A stretch of 36,813 nt of DNA from Planctomycetales bacterium (GTDB lineage Bacteria > Planctomycetota > Phycisphaerae > SM23-33). This document shows positions 1 to 11,278 of this stretch, piece after piece. Location of the stretch: contig DAOWOP010000003.1 of NCBI GenBank assembly GCA_030642005.1, positions 1-36,813 of the forward strand, given 5' to 3'. Made by a program: the position numbers and the translations under genes. How positions within the stretch are numbered: the first letter of the stretch is position 1; the number at the start of each line of letters is the position of its first letter. A model generated the notes under the pieces. It was given only the letters and a program-made list of their open reading frames with translations, was not told the DNA's origin and did not search any database.

Positions 1-377
1 CACCTTGAGGGCAACAACTGACCAGATGTACCAGCGATGATGACTACCGGATCGACAGTCCGATCCGAGGATGAAATCGACGAAAGCCCATAATCCGATT
101 CCGGATCGTTGCGACCTCCGGGTTATGAGCAAAAACATCTCGTCGCCCGAAATCCCACTAAAATCATAAGTTACTGATGTGACATATTATTAGGCTCTCG
201 GCGCTCATGCGTCCATCGCCACAGTCAGACTGAATCAGAGTGGGTTATGTTGTCATCTGCGTTCTTCATTGCTGTAGATGTCTCCGAGTCCCGGCCAGGC
301 GGATCAGACGACAGGCCGTCCCATGATACCGAAAGAGGACTTGCTTCGCGGTGGGTAAGACAGTAGAGTGCAATTCC

Positions 378-2108
378 ATGAGTAAAGCTATGGACTTACT
401 GCGATCCGTGAAGGACCAGACCGACGAAACAGAATTCTACACACCACTTCCCGACGGATACAAACTGGGGGCCACCAGATATGTCGCTGTCTTCGGCACG
501 GTCATGAGCGGACTGGGTAAGGGGATATTCTCTTCTTCCCTTGCCAAGCTGCTAAAAGACAAGGGGCTGCGCGTCTCCCCGATTAAACTGGAAGGGTATC
601 TCAATATCGATTCCGGAACGCTCAACCCCTTCCGCCATGGAGAAGTTTTCGTCCTGGACGACGGGACAGAAACCGACATGGACCTGGGAACCTATGAGCG
701 GATGCTCGACCAGAACCTGACCGGCTACAACTTCACCACCAGCGGGCAGATTTTCTCGGCGGTGCTTGAGAAAGAGCGGGCGGGCGGCTACCTCGGCCGG
801 GACGTACAGATGATCCCTCACGTTACGGGCGAGGTGAAGTACCGCCTTCGCAACCTCGCCGTGCAGTCCTCGGCCGACGTCGTCTTCATCGAGGTCGGCG
901 GCACGGTCGGCGACATCGAGAACGCCTTCTACATCGAGGCGCTCCGCGAGCTGAGCTACGAAGAGGGCGATGGGTCGGTGATGTTCGTGGCGCTGACGTA
1001 TGTGCTAAGCCCGCCCTCGCTTGGCGAGCAGAAGTCCAAGGCCGCCCAACTCGGTATTAAGCGGCTAATGGAGTTTGGCATCCACCCGCATATCATCGCC
1101 TGCCGCTGCGAGAATCCCGTTACCGACAAGGTCCGCCAGAAAATTTCCGTCTATACCAGTGTGCCCATGCGGCGGGTCTTTTCCATGCACGACCTGGCGA
1201 GCATATACCTGCTTCCGCAGCAGATGCGCGAGGCCGGGCTTGACAGCGAGGTCGTCCAACTACTGAACTTCGGCGGGAAGGTCAACTCCGCCGCGGACGC
1301 CCGCGCCGCGGTTGGGTGGGAACGTTTCACCTCGAAAATCGGCAAACATGCCAACGGCATTACCATCGGGATTACCGGGAAGTACACGTCGCTGCGTGAT
1401 AGTTACGCCAGCATACTCAAGGCCCTGGAGCACGCCGGCGTGGCCTGCGACGCGAAGGTCGAGGTCAAGTGGATCGACACCACGGATATCACGTCCGATT
1501 CCGTTACCGAGGTGCTTTGCGGCGTTGACGGGGTTATCGTCCCCGGCGGGTTCGGCGTTCGCGGCACGGCCGGGAAGATCGAATGTATCCGATACGCCCG
1601 CGAAAACAAAATGCCCTACCTCGGCATCTGCCTGGGCTTCCAGATGGCCGTGATCGAGTATGCCCGAAATGTCTGCGGGCTGGACGAGGCCGACAGCACC
1701 GAGATCAACCCCGACTGCAAAACGCCCGTCATCAGTATCCTTCCCGAACAGAAGAAGATCGAAGGCCTGGGTGGAAACATGCGCCTCGGCGGACAGGATA
1801 TAGAGATTGAACCCGATACCATTGCGGCAAAGATGTTCGGGGCAACCAAGACAATCCGCCAGCGTTTTCGACATCGTTTCGAGGTCGATCCGGGGTATGT
1901 TGAAACGCTTGAGCAGGCGGGGCTGGTCTTTTCCGGGAATCATCCGGTACACCCGATAATGCAAATTCTGGAGTTGCCGCGAGGCGTTCATCCGTATTTT
2001 ATCGCAGCACAGTTTCACCCGGAACTGACAAGTCGGCCGCTCAATCCCCAGCCGATGTTCGTCGGCCTGGTCAAGGCTGCTTTGGAGAGACATGCCGCGC
2101 AGGAATGA
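378..2108 (+). CDS. pyrG: CTP synthase (divergent, N-terminally extended)
   Basis: [37 protein letters not shown]; class I GATase motifs VPGGFG, GICLG, RHRFEV, QFHPE. ATG 378 preferred; ORF opens at GTG 351. Confidence 0.95.
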   Translation: MSKAMDLLRSVKDQTDETEFYTPLPDGYKLGATRYVAVFGTVMSGLGKGIFSSSLAKLLKDKGLRVSPIKLEGYLNIDSGTLNPFRHGEVFVLDDGTETDMDLGTYERMLDQNLTGYNFTTSGQIFSAVLEKERAGGYLGRDVQMIPHVTGEVKYRLRNLAVQSSADVVFIEVGGTVGDIENAFYIEALRELSYEEGDGSVMFVALTYVLSPPSLGEQKSKAAQLGIKRLMEFGIHPHIIACRCENPVTDKVRQKISVYTSVPMRRVFSMHDLASIYLLPQQMREAGLDSEVVQLLNFGGKVNSAADARAAVGWERFTSKIGKHANGITIGITGKYTSLRDSYASILKALEHAGVACDAKVEVKWIDTTDITSDSVTEVLCGVDGVIVPGGFGVRGTAGKIECIRYARENKMPYLGICLGFQMAVIEYARNVCGLDEADSTEINPDCKTPVISILPEQKKIEGLGGNMRLGGQDIEIEPDTIAAKMFGATKTIRQRFRHRFEVDPGYVETLEQAGLVFSGNHPVHPIMQILELPRGVHPYFIAAQFHPELTSRPLNPQPMFVGLVKAALERHAAQE

Positions 2109-5100
2109 TATTCGCACGATTCTGATTATCGGCTCAGGCCCTATCGTCATAGGTCAGGGCTGCGAGTTTGACTATTCCGGAACGCAGGCGTGCAAGGCCC
2201 TGCGTGATGAGGGTTATCGCATCGTTCTGGTCAACTCCAACCCGGCCACGATTATGACCGACCCGGAATTTGCCGACCGCACCTACATTGAGCCAATTAC
2301 TCCCGAAGCCGTCGCGAAGATCATAGAGGCTGAGTCCAAAGGCCCGTATCCCATCGACGCGCTGCTCCCGACGCTGGGCGGACAGACCGGCCTGAACACA
2401 TCTGTCGCCGTGGCGGATTCCGGCATACTGGAGAAGTTCGGCGTAGAGATGATCGGCGCCACCCGCGAGGTCATCAACCGCGCCGAGGACCGTACCGAGT
2501 TCAAAAACGTCTGCCTGTCGATCGGCCTGGACGTACCGCGCAGCGGTGTCGCCCACTGCATGGACGAGGCACAGGCGATACTGAAAGACGTTCACCTGCC
2601 CTGCTGCATTCGCCCGGCGTACACGCTCGGCGGGACCGGCGGCGGGTTCGCGTTCAACATAGAAGAGTTTGAAAAAATCGTCGCACGCGGGCTTGATTAT
2701 TCGCCCGTTACCGAGATTCTCATCGAGGAGTCCGTGCTGGGTTGGAAAGAATACGAGCTTGAGGTGATGCGCGACAAGGCCGATAATGTCGTGATCGTCT
2801 GTACCATCGAGAACTTCGATCCGATGGGTGTCCACACGGGCGATTCGATAACCGTCGCTCCGGCCCAGACACTGACCGACAAAGAATACCAGCTCATGCG
2901 GGACGCGTCGCTGGCCATCATCCGCGCCATTGGTGTCGAGACCGGAGGGAGCAACATACAGTTCGCGGTAAATCCCGAAACAGGGCGGATGATCGTCGTG
3001 GAGATGAACCCTCGCGTATCTCGAAGTTCGGCGCTTGCGTCCAAAGCGACCGGCTTCCCCATCGCCAAAATCGCGGCGAAACTTGCGGTGGGATATACGC
3101 TTGACGAAATCTCCAACGACATCACGCGCCAGACGCCTGCGTGCTTCGAACCGGCCATTGATTACTGCGTGGTCAAAATCCCACGATGGACCTTCGAAAA
3201 ATTCCCCGAAGCCGACGAAACGCTTACCACCCAGATGAAGTCTGTAGGCGAAGCGATGAGCATCGGCCGGACGTTCAAAGAGGCCCTCCAGAAGGGTATC
3301 CGCTCGATGGAGGTCAAGCGGTACGGTCTCGGCTTGGACGGCAACGATAAGTGGCTGAACACAAGAAATCTTCGAGGTCCAAGGTCCGAGATCCGAGGGG
3401 CAGCGGTGGAACTGGACGTCGAATGGCCGATTGAAGAAGCCAAGCTGCGACGGAAGCTGAGCATCCCCTGCCAGGGGCGGATGTATTACGTGCGTTACGC
3501 CTTCAAGATGGGCTGGTCGGTCGATCAGGTTTTCGAGATGACGAACATCGACCGCTGGTTTCTCGCGCAGATAAGGCAACTGGTGGATTTCGAGGCTCGG
3601 TTGGAGGAGGCTGGGTCGCTTAAAAAAGTCTCCGAGCAACTGCTACGCCAGGCAAAGCAATGGGGATATTCCGACATTCAACTGGCGACAATATGGAATG
3701 CCACGCCCGAGCGTATCCGTGCATATCGTACTGAGCTCGGTATCACCCCCGTCTACAAGCTTGTCGATACGTGTGCCGCCGAGTTCGAAGCCTATACGCC
3801 ATACTATTACTCAACATACGAAACGCCAATCGCCCGAATCTCAGTAGGAGATTCTGGAAATCCGAAATCCGAAATTCAAAATCCAAAATCATTCGTCGAT
3901 GACGAGGTTCGCATCAGCGATAAAAAGAAAATCGTTATTCTCGGCGGCGGGCCGAACCGGATCGGGCAGGGCATAGAATTCGATTACTGCTGCGTTCACG
4001 CCGCCTTTGCCGCCAAAGAACTCGGATACGAAGCGGTAATGGTGAACTCCAACCCCGAGACCGTCTCGACCGACTACGACACGTCCGACATGCTGTTCTT
4101 CGAGCCGCTGACGCTCGAGGACGTCCTGAATATCTGCGAGAAGCTCAACGGCGAAAAACCGCTTGGCGAGTCCGGCGGGCTGCTCCACGGGGTAATCGTG
4201 CACTTCGGCGGTCAGACGCCCCTGAACCTGGCGCGCGAGCTGGAAGAAGCCGGTGTACCAATCATCGGAACCAGCCCGGAATCTATCGACCTGGCTGAGG
4301 ACCGCAAGCAGTTCTCGCAAATCCTGGACGAACTGGAACTCAAGTCGCCGACGAGCGGTACAGCCTTCACGGTCGCACAGGCCCGCGAAATTGCCGAGAG
4401 TATCGGCTATCCGGTGCTCGTGCGACCGAGCTACGTCCTGGGCGGCAGAGCGATGGAAATCGTCTCCGATCAGGAGCAGATCGACGTTTACATGAGCAAG
4501 GCTGTCAACGCCTCCACCGTCGGGCGCGACCATCCGATACTGATAGACAAGTTCCTCGACAGCGCCATCGAAGTGGACGTGGACTGCATTGCGGACTTCG
4601 GGACCAAGCCGGACGGAAAGACCGACGAGGCGCCGCGCGCGGTCGTCTGCGGCGTGATGGAGCACATCGAGCAGGCCGGCATCCACAGCGGCGATTCAGC
4701 CTGCGCGCTGCCGCCGTATTCGTTGACACCGACGGTAATCGAGGAAATCGAGCGCCAGGCGAAGCTGCTGGCCCGTCGGCTGGCTGTGCGCGGGCTGATG
4801 AACATCCAGTTTGCCGTCAAAGATTCGCAGGTCTACATTATCGAGGTCAACCCGCGTGCCTCGCGTACCGTTCCGTTCGTCTCCAAGGCGACCGGCGTGC
4901 CCTGGGCGAAGCTGGCTGCGAAGGTAATGGCCGGTATGTCGCTCGACGAACTCGGTGTAACCGCACCGCCGCGCCCCGCACATACCTCCGTCAAGGAAAG
5001 CGTCTTTCCGTTCACCAAATTCCCCGGCGTGGACGTGATACTAGGCCCGGAGATGCGCAGCACGGGCGAGGTGATGGGCGTGGACATGAGTTTCGGATTT

Positions 5101-5577
5101 TCATTTGCCAAGTCGCAGATTGCCGCCGGCGTAGCCCTGCCCGTATCGGGGACGATCTTCCTGTCGGTCTGCGACGCCGACAAACCCGCCGTCGTTTCTC
5201 TTGCCCAGCAGTTGGCGGCGATGGGCTTCGAGCTTCTGGCGACTGGCGGGACCTGCGATACGCTGAGGTTGGCTGGCGTGCGTGTCCGAAAGCTGCAAAA
5301 ACTCAAGGAAGGCCGACCGAACGTCGCCGACCTGATCGTCAATGGCGAGGTGGACCTGTTGATCAACACGCCCACCAGTCATGGCCCAACGACCGACGAG
5401 GGCAAGATCAGGGCGATAGCGACACTACGCAGGGTTCCGCTGATTACCACAATGACAGCTGCCCGCGCCGCTGCTGAAGCCATCGCAGCCCTCCGTGCAG
5501 CCGGCACTCCGGACGGATCAAAATCCACCGACACATGGACAGTCCGCCCGCTCCAGGATTATTTACGGAAGGGTTAG
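2092..5577 (+). CDS. carB: Carbamoyl-phosphate synthase large subunit
   Basis: [30 protein letters not shown], two ATP-grasp halves ([19 protein letters not shown]), C-terminal MGS domain. Overlaps pyrG by 17 nt. Confidence 0.98.
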   Translation: MPRRNDIRTILIIGSGPIVIGQGCEFDYSGTQACKALRDEGYRIVLVNSNPATIMTDPEFADRTYIEPITPEAVAKIIEAESKGPYPIDALLPTLGGQTGLNTSVAVADSGILEKFGVEMIGATREVINRAEDRTEFKNVCLSIGLDVPRSGVAHCMDEAQAILKDVHLPCCIRPAYTLGGTGGGFAFNIEEFEKIVARGLDYSPVTEILIEESVLGWKEYELEVMRDKADNVVIVCTIENFDPMGVHTGDSITVAPAQTLTDKEYQLMRDASLAIIRAIGVETGGSNIQFAVNPETGRMIVVEMNPRVSRSSALASKATGFPIAKIAAKLAVGYTLDEISNDITRQTPACFEPAIDYCVVKIPRWTFEKFPEADETLTTQMKSVGEAMSIGRTFKEALQKGIRSMEVKRYGLGLDGNDKWLNTRNLRGPRSEIRGAAVELDVEWPIEEAKLRRKLSIPCQGRMYYVRYAFKMGWSVDQVFEMTNIDRWFLAQIRQLVDFEARLEEAGSLKKVSEQLLRQAKQWGYSDIQLATIWNATPERIRAYRTELGITPVYKLVDTCAAEFEAYTPYYYSTYETPIARISVGDSGNPKSEIQNPKSFVDDEVRISDKKKIVILGGGPNRIGQGIEFDYCCVHAAFAAKELGYEAVMVNSNPETVSTDYDTSDMLFFEPLTLEDVLNICEKLNGEKPLGESGGLLHGVIVHFGGQTPLNLARELEEAGVPIIGTSPESIDLAEDRKQFSQILDELELKSPTSGTAFTVAQAREIAESIGYPVLVRPSYVLGGRAMEIVSDQEQIDVYMSKAVNASTVGRDHPILIDKFLDSAIEVDVDCIADFGTKPDGKTDEAPRAVVCGVMEHIEQAGIHSGDSACALPPYSLTPTVIEEIERQAKLLARRLAVRGLMNIQFAVKDSQVYIIEVNPRASRTVPFVSKATGVPWAKLAAKVMAGMSLDELGVTAPPRPAHTSVKESVFPFTKFPGVDVILGPEMRSTGEVMGVDMSFGFSFAKSQIAAGVALPVSGTIFLSVCDADKPAVVSLAQQLAAMGFELLATGGTCDTLRLAGVRVRKLQKLKEGRPNVADLIVNGEVDLLINTPTSHGPTTDEGKIRAIATLRRVPLITTMTAARAAAEAIAALRAAGTPDGSKSTDTWTVRPLQDYLRKG
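3858..3890 (+). repeat. Heptamer tandem repeat in frame inside carB (encodes [11 protein letters not shown])
   Basis: aaatccg aaatccg aaattca aaatcca aaatc read directly; a related array aggtcca aggtccg agatccg lies at 3375-3395. Confidence 0.85.
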
Positions 5578-6803
5578 CGGATGCCGTGGCCGTTGAGTTT
5601 GCAGCCGCGTTTAACCGCCCCGGCCAGTCGCTGCTGTGCGGCGTGCATCTGCTCGGCTGTGGGGGCGATGCCGGTTTCCATCATGTCGCGGAAACAATCA
5701 AACAGATACGTCGCGTCGTGCGGGCCGGGTGAGGCTTCGGGGTGATACTGGACGCTGAAAAGGCATTTGTCCGAATGTGAAAAACCCTCGACGGTATTGT
5801 CGTTGAGATTGACGTGTGAAATTATCGCGCCCGTAGGCTGCAGGGATTCGGCGTCCACCGCGAAGCCGTGGTTCTGAGAGGTAATCTCGACTTTTCCGGT
5901 GGCTTGGTTTCGCACCGGCTGATTCGCACCGCGATGTCCGAACTTCAGCTTGTACGTCTTTGCGCCCAGGGCAAGGGCGAGCATCTGATGGCCCAGGCAG
6001 ATGCCGAAAATCGGGACTTTACCGATCAGCCCACCCAGCGTCTCGACGGTGTACGTCACAGCCTCCGGGTCGCCGGGGCCGTTCGAGACGAATACACCGT
6101 CGGGTTTGCGTTCGAGGATTTCATCGGAGCGGGCCGAGGCCGGCACGGCTGTAACGTTGCATCCGCACTCGACCAGGTTGCGAAAGATGTTCATCTTTGC
6201 CCCGCAGTCGATAGCCACCACATTGTAGGTCTTGCCGCCGCATCTGCGCGAGGCCTGCGAGAACCCGCTGTTGTATCCCTCAACCCACTCGTAGGCGTCC
6301 GAGGGTGTAACAAGCCTGACCAGGTCCTGCCCGATCATGGACGGAATCGCCGCTGCTTGCCGGACCAGCTCCACGTCGTCGAGAATCTCCGTACTCACTA
6401 CCCCGTTCATCGCCCCGGCGGTACGGATGTGCCGCGTCAGGGCGCGCGTATCAACGCCGGTAATGCCCATGACCCCGGCAGATGCGAGATATTCCGCCAG
6501 CGACTGCTCGGAGCGGAAGTTGCTCACGACCGGCGAAAGTTCCCTGATGACAAACCCGCGAAGGTGGACCTTCCGGCTGTACGATTCGATGTCCTCGCTG
6601 TTCACGCCATAGTTGCCGATCAACGGATAGGTCATCGTTACTATCTGCCCGGCGTAAGATGGGTCGGTAAGCACCTCCTGGTATCCGGACATGGAAGTGT
6701 TAAAGACCACCTCGCCGGCGGCGGTTCCGATGTGGCCGAAAGACGCGCCGGTCAATACAAAGCCGTCTTCAAGGGCCAGTTTACAGGGTTTTACCTGGGG
6801 CAT
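5574..6803 (-). CDS. carA: Carbamoyl-phosphate synthase small subunit
   Basis: [55 protein letters not shown]. Start taken at ATG 6803 ([14 protein letters not shown]). Confidence 0.97.
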   Translation of the reverse strand: MPQVKPCKLALEDGFVLTGASFGHIGTAAGEVVFNTSMSGYQEVLTDPSYAGQIVTMTYPLIGNYGVNSEDIESYSRKVHLRGFVIRELSPVVSNFRSEQSLAEYLASAGVMGITGVDTRALTRHIRTAGAMNGVVSTEILDDVELVRQAAAIPSMIGQDLVRLVTPSDAYEWVEGYNSGFSQASRRCGGKTYNVVAIDCGAKMNIFRNLVECGCNVTAVPASARSDEILERKPDGVFVSNGPGDPEAVTYTVETLGGLIGKVPIFGICLGHQMLALALGAKTYKLKFGHRGANQPVRNQATGKVEITSQNHGFAVDAESLQPTGAIISHVNLNDNTVEGFSHSDKCLFSVQYHPEASPGPHDATYLFDCFRDMMETGIAPTAEQMHAAQQRLAGAVKRGCKLNGHGIR

Positions 6804-6884
6804 TTGTATTCCTCTTACGTATCCAAACAACCTGCCGCGAATTTGCAGATTATATCAGCGTTTCGTGCCGAACCCAATGAGTTT

Positions 6885-6901
6885 CCACGTAAAATACGTG
6901 G
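6885..6901. promoter_or_regulatory. Perfect 7-bp inverted repeat in the divergent carA/glmS intergenic region (possible operator or hairpin)
   Basis: CCACGTA-aaa-TACGTGG. Function is inferred only. Confidence 0.35.
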
Positions 6902-6999
6902 GACAGGGTACTAGCCGCGAGTGGGAACGAGCGGATATCTCCATTCCCTGACCGATACATTTCAACCCCCGTCCCTCACTGGTCGATAGGATACATACC

Positions 7000-8847
7000 A
7001 TGTGTGGAATAGTAGGATACGTCGGACGCAAGAGCGCGAAACCGGTTCTGATTGAGGGGCTCAAGAGACTCGAATATCGCGGATACGATTCTGCCGGTGT
7101 TGCCATCATCCGCGACGGCCATCTGCACCTATGCAAGTCGGCTGGTCGAATCGCAGGCCTGGAAGATCGTCTCAATGACCAGCCAGAACTTGCCGCCGGC
7201 ATGGTCGGGATCGCCCATACCCGATGGGCTACGCACGGCGCGCCAACCGAGGAAAACTCGCACCCGCACACCGACTGCACCGGAAGAATCGCCATCGTCC
7301 ACAATGGTATCATCGAAAATTATGCCGCTCTCAAGCAGGTGCTCGAAGAAAAAGGCCACGCTTTCAGGTCCGAGACGGATTCGGAAGTCCTTGCCCACCT
7401 GATAAGCGAGTTCTACCGCAACGACGACAACGGCGGCGACTTGCCCCGTGCCGTTCAGCAGGCGCTGAACGAGGTGGCGGGAACCTATGGTCTGGCGGTG
7501 GTCTGTGCCGACGAGCCGGGAATGATCGTAGCGGCTCGGAAAGGTTCGCCCCTGATAGTCGGCGTCGGAGCAGACGAGTACATCGTCGCATCAGACGCCT
7601 CAGCCATCGTCGAGCACACAGTCAACGTCATCTATCTGAACGACAACGAAATGGTCGTGATAGACGAAGTCGGGCTGCGAACGCTGACCATCGACAATGT
7701 GCCGGTCTCCAAGCAGGTCCAGCAGATAGAGTGGTCGCTGGAGCAGATCGCACTGGGCGAGTTCGAGCATTTCATGCTCAAGGAGATATTCGAGCAGCCC
7801 GAATCCCTTCGGAACAGTTGTCGAGGCCGATTGAACATGCGCGAAGGACGCATCCAATTGGGCGGAATCGAGCACCTTGCGCGCGAATTGGTCAAGACAA
7901 AGCGAATTATTCTGACTGCCTGCGGAACGGCGTGGCATGCCGGGCTTATCGGGGAATACCTCTTCGAAGACCTGGCGCGGATACCGGCGGAGGTCGAATA
8001 CGCCAGCGAGTTCCGCTACCGCAACCCGATAATCGAGGACCGAACGGTAGTCATCGCCGTCAGCCAGTCCGGCGAGACAGCCGACACGCTGGCCGCCTTG
8101 CGAGAGGCCGAGCACAAAGGCGCGATGACGCTCGGCGTGGTCAATTCCGTAGGCTCGACCATCGCACGCGAGACCGACGCGGGGGTCTATCTCCACGCCG
8201 GACCTGAAATCGGCGTAGCCTCCACCAAGGCATTCACCGCGCAACTGACCGTCCTGACGCTGATTAGCCTGTACCTGGGCCGACGGCGATTTATGTCCGA
8301 ATCGACGCTGAAGCAATATATGGAAGAACTCGAAGCCATTCCCGACAAGATCGAGACGGTTCTCGCCCAGTCGGACGCGATAAAACAGGCTGTCGAAGCC
8401 TGCGTTGATCGCGATAACTGGCTGTTCCTCGGACGTGGATACAATTATCCCGTCGCGCTGGAAGGCGCGCTGAAACTCAAGGAAATCAGTTATATTCACG
8501 CCGAGGGACTACCCGCCGCAGAGATGAAGCACGGGCCTATCGCACTGATAACCGAAGGGATGCCCGTAGTTGTCGTAGCCCCTCGATGCGGGACTTATGA
8601 CAAGATTATCGGAAACATCGAGGAGGTTCGCGCCCGTGGCGGGATGGTCATCGCCGTCGCCACCGAAGGCGACGACCGCATCGCTCAATACGCCGAGCAC
8701 GTTTTCTACATCCCCGATTGCCCCCCGGCGCTCCAGCCTCTGCTTACCGTCGTACCGCTGCAACTGCTCGCATATCACGCAGCCGTCGCCCGTGGCTGCA
8801 ACGTCGATAAGCCCCGAAACCTCGCAAAGTCAGTTACGGTTGAATGA
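7000..8847 (+). CDS. glmS: Glutamine--fructose-6-phosphate aminotransferase
   Basis: MCGIVGY N-terminal nucleophile, RGYDSAG, HTRWATHG, SQSGETADT, C-terminal PRNLAKSVTVE. Confidence 0.98.
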   Translation: MCGIVGYVGRKSAKPVLIEGLKRLEYRGYDSAGVAIIRDGHLHLCKSAGRIAGLEDRLNDQPELAAGMVGIAHTRWATHGAPTEENSHPHTDCTGRIAIVHNGIIENYAALKQVLEEKGHAFRSETDSEVLAHLISEFYRNDDNGGDLPRAVQQALNEVAGTYGLAVVCADEPGMIVAARKGSPLIVGVGADEYIVASDASAIVEHTVNVIYLNDNEMVVIDEVGLRTLTIDNVPVSKQVQQIEWSLEQIALGEFEHFMLKEIFEQPESLRNSCRGRLNMREGRIQLGGIEHLARELVKTKRIILTACGTAWHAGLIGEYLFEDLARIPAEVEYASEFRYRNPIIEDRTVVIAVSQSGETADTLAALREAEHKGAMTLGVVNSVGSTIARETDAGVYLHAGPEIGVASTKAFTAQLTVLTLISLYLGRRRFMSESTLKQYMEELEAIPDKIETVLAQSDAIKQAVEACVDRDNWLFLGRGYNYPVALEGALKLKEISYIHAEGLPAAEMKHGPIALITEGMPVVVVAPRCGTYDKIIGNIEEVRARGGMVIAVATEGDDRIAQYAEHVFYIPDCPPALQPLLTVVPLQLLAYHAAVARGCNVDKPRNLAKSVTVE

Positions 8848-8853
8848 TTTCGG

Positions 8854-10266
8854 TCAACTGTCGTAATACATATGGAACTCGTGCGGATGTGGCCGCAGTG
8901 CCATCTCCTGGAGTTCCTCCTCTCTTTTCCACGTAATCCAGCCTTGAACCAGATCGTCTGTGAAGACGCCGCCTTCGGTGAGGAACTTGTGATCGGCTTC
9001 GAGCGCGTCAATGGCTTCTTCCAGCGATTTGGGAGTGTGGCGATGCTTCGCCAGTTCGTCGGCTTTCATCTCGTAGATATCCACGTCGAGCGGTTTGCCC
9101 GGATCGATCTTGTTTTTAGCGCCGTCGATAGCGGCCATCAGCATTGCCGTCCACGCCAGATACCCGTTGGCGGTCGGATCGGGGCAGCGGAACTCCATTC
9201 GTTTAGCCTTTGGATTTTGCGAGTACATGGGAATGCGGATACCCGCCGAACGGTTTCTCGCCGACATCACAAGATTGACTGGCGCTTCAAAGCCAGGCAC
9301 CAGGCGGCGATAACTGTTGGTCGTCGGGGCTGCAAACGCCAGCAGCGCAGGCGCGTGGGCCAGGACGCCGCCGATGCAATGCAGCGCCAGTTCACTTAAA
9401 CCCGCATAGCCTTCACCGGCGAACAGCGGCTGGCCGTCTTTCCACAGCGATAAGTGCGTGTGCATGCCGCTGCCGTTATCCTCAAAGATCGGCTTGGGCA
9501 TAAACGTTACCGTCTTGCCGTGGCGCTTGGCGACGTTCTTTACGATGTACTTGAACCACATGAACTGGTCGGCCATATCGACAAGCGGTGAGAACTGCAT
9601 ATCAATTTCGGACTGTCCCGCCGTGCCCACTTCGTGGTGATGCGCTTCGACGACGATGCCGATCTTCTCCATTTCGTCGCTCATCTCGCCGCGAAGGTCG
9701 TGGTAGGTGTCGGTCGGACTGACCGGGAAGTATCCGCCCTTGTAACTGGGTTTGTATCCGAGGTTAGGTTCTTCGAATCGGGCAGTGTTCCACGCGCCTT
9801 CGGCCGAGTCGATCTTGTAATATCCGGTGTGCTGGTTCTGCTCGTATCGCACCTCGTCGAAAATGAAGAATTCAGGCTCCGGGCCGATGTAGCAAGTGTC
9901 GGCTATACCGGTTTCCTTGAGGTATTCGGCCCCCTTGCGGGCTACGTGGCGAGGGTCCCGCGAGTACTCCTTCCCGGTAATCGGATCGACAATGTTGGCA
10001 ATTACGCTGACGGTCGGCTTTGCGAAGAATGGATCGATGCGTGCAGTGTCGGCTTCCGGTACGGCCAGCATGTCCGAGACATGGATTCCCTGCCAGCCAC
10101 GGATTGACGAACCATCGAAACCTACGCCATTCGTGAACGTCTCTTCATCCCATGTACCAGTCGGAAACGAGCAATGCTGCCACGCTCCCAGCAGGTCGGT
10201 GAACTTGAGGTCCACCATTTTGGCGTCGTGCTTTTTGGCGAATTCAAAGAACTCTTTGGGTGTCAT
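8854..10266 (-). CDS. glnA: Glutamine synthetase type I
   Basis: FDGSSIRGW, HHHEVGTAGQ, TFMPKP, NGSGMH, NSYRRLVPGFEAP, EFRCPD; adenylylation-loop Tyr retained (DIYEM). Confidence 0.98.
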   Translation of the reverse strand: MTPKEFFEFAKKHDAKMVDLKFTDLLGAWQHCSFPTGTWDEETFTNGVGFDGSSIRGWQGIHVSDMLAVPEADTARIDPFFAKPTVSVIANIVDPITGKEYSRDPRHVARKGAEYLKETGIADTCYIGPEPEFFIFDEVRYEQNQHTGYYKIDSAEGAWNTARFEEPNLGYKPSYKGGYFPVSPTDTYHDLRGEMSDEMEKIGIVVEAHHHEVGTAGQSEIDMQFSPLVDMADQFMWFKYIVKNVAKRHGKTVTFMPKPIFEDNGSGMHTHLSLWKDGQPLFAGEGYAGLSELALHCIGGVLAHAPALLAFAAPTTNSYRRLVPGFEAPVNLVMSARNRSAGIRIPMYSQNPKAKRMEFRCPDPTANGYLAWTAMLMAAIDGAKNKIDPGKPLDVDIYEMKADELAKHRHTPKSLEEAIDALEADHKFLTEGGVFTDDLVQGWITWKREEELQEMALRPHPHEFHMYYDS

Positions 10267-10339
10267 TCCTGTTTTTCCTTTTTTTCTTCTGGTTTGTGAA
10301 AATTTTCGTTTCTTAATTTCCCGGTGTTATGAGTCGCCA

Positions 10340-11224
10340 TTACCGGGTGTAGCCGATGGTAACACCGCCCCAGAACTCGTCGTTGAGCGCCTCATCATAC
10401 ACAGCATCGCTGAATCGAAGGAAGCCCGTTAGCGTTAAGTTACCGTATTTATCGGGGATGCCGAGGGCCGAACTCATATCGTAGGAAATATCCAGACCAT
10501 ACTGCAGATTCGCCAGTTTGGTCGATTCGCTGAGCTGGCCGTGATCGATACCCATGACGAACGATGGCGTAAGCGTCATGTCCTTCAGGATCGGCGTGTC
10601 CTTGAATCCGCAATCGGCGAGTGCGAAATCGTGGCTGATGCCCCACTCTATCCAACTGCCGTGGAGATCATCAACGTCCATATAGTAGGCGACGTACGGG
10701 TTCAGGACGGACTCTTTCGTCCCGAAAAGGCCGCTGTCGTCAAAACCCAGCGAGATATACCATTCGTGCGTGAACCTCCCGTCGCCGGAGGCCTGGGGGA
10801 ACTGATACCCGATCCAGCCTAACTCGACGGTCGTGGCAATGGCCTCGACGTCGTAGCTCCAGCTCAGCGTGTAATCGACCTCCTGGAGATGTCCGTCGCT
10901 GGACGGGTCCATCGATTTCTGTCCGCCGAACCACTCAAACCAGATTGATCCTGAAAACGTACCGAAATTTCCGGTATCGTATGACGCACCGACCGTCATC
11001 TGATGATTGGGTTTCTCCCTGCCTTCACCGGCATATTCGCTGAGGTTCTGGCCACGCCAGACATAGTCGCTGACAAGTGTATAGTCGATGCTGAAGGTTA
11101 TCGGCAACGGTTCCCAGGAGGCAGATTCGGTCGCCGGCTCCTGGGCTTGTACGGGCGACATGGCGAATCCAACCAACAACAAACCGACAATCAGGCCTGC
11201 GGCGCTTCCATGCGATCTCTTCAT
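10340..11224 (-). CDS. Exported beta-rich protein, putative outer-membrane porin (TorF/Gcw_chp-like)
   Basis: Signal peptide ending VQA|QE, SDYVWRG motif, EVDYTLSWSY, alternating aromatic beta-strand pattern; lies in the amtB-glnK-glnA operon. Confidence 0.7.
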   Translation of the reverse strand: MKRSHGSAAGLIVGLLLVGFAMSPVQAQEPATESASWEPLPITFSIDYTLVSDYVWRGQNLSEYAGEGREKPNHQMTVGASYDTGNFGTFSGSIWFEWFGGQKSMDPSSDGHLQEVDYTLSWSYDVEAIATTVELGWIGYQFPQASGDGRFTHEWYISLGFDDSGLFGTKESVLNPYVAYYMDVDDLHGSWIEWGISHDFALADCGFKDTPILKDMTLTPSFVMGIDHGQLSESTKLANLQYGLDISYDMSSALGIPDKYGNLTLTGFLRFSDAVYDEALNDEFWGGVTIGYTR

Positions 11225-11278
11225 TGTGTGTTTCCTTTCCTGTATGGCGTTCCGACGGAGTTCTGCATATTGTCTTAA

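Noticed and set aside
1-350. Gene or riboswitch upstream of pyrG
   Set aside because: No convincing ORF, RNA motif or sigma54 element recognised; the window edge limits interpretation.
6804-6999. glmS ribozyme
   Set aside because: No AGCGCC cleavage-site core or matching architecture visible; an Rfam scan would settle it.
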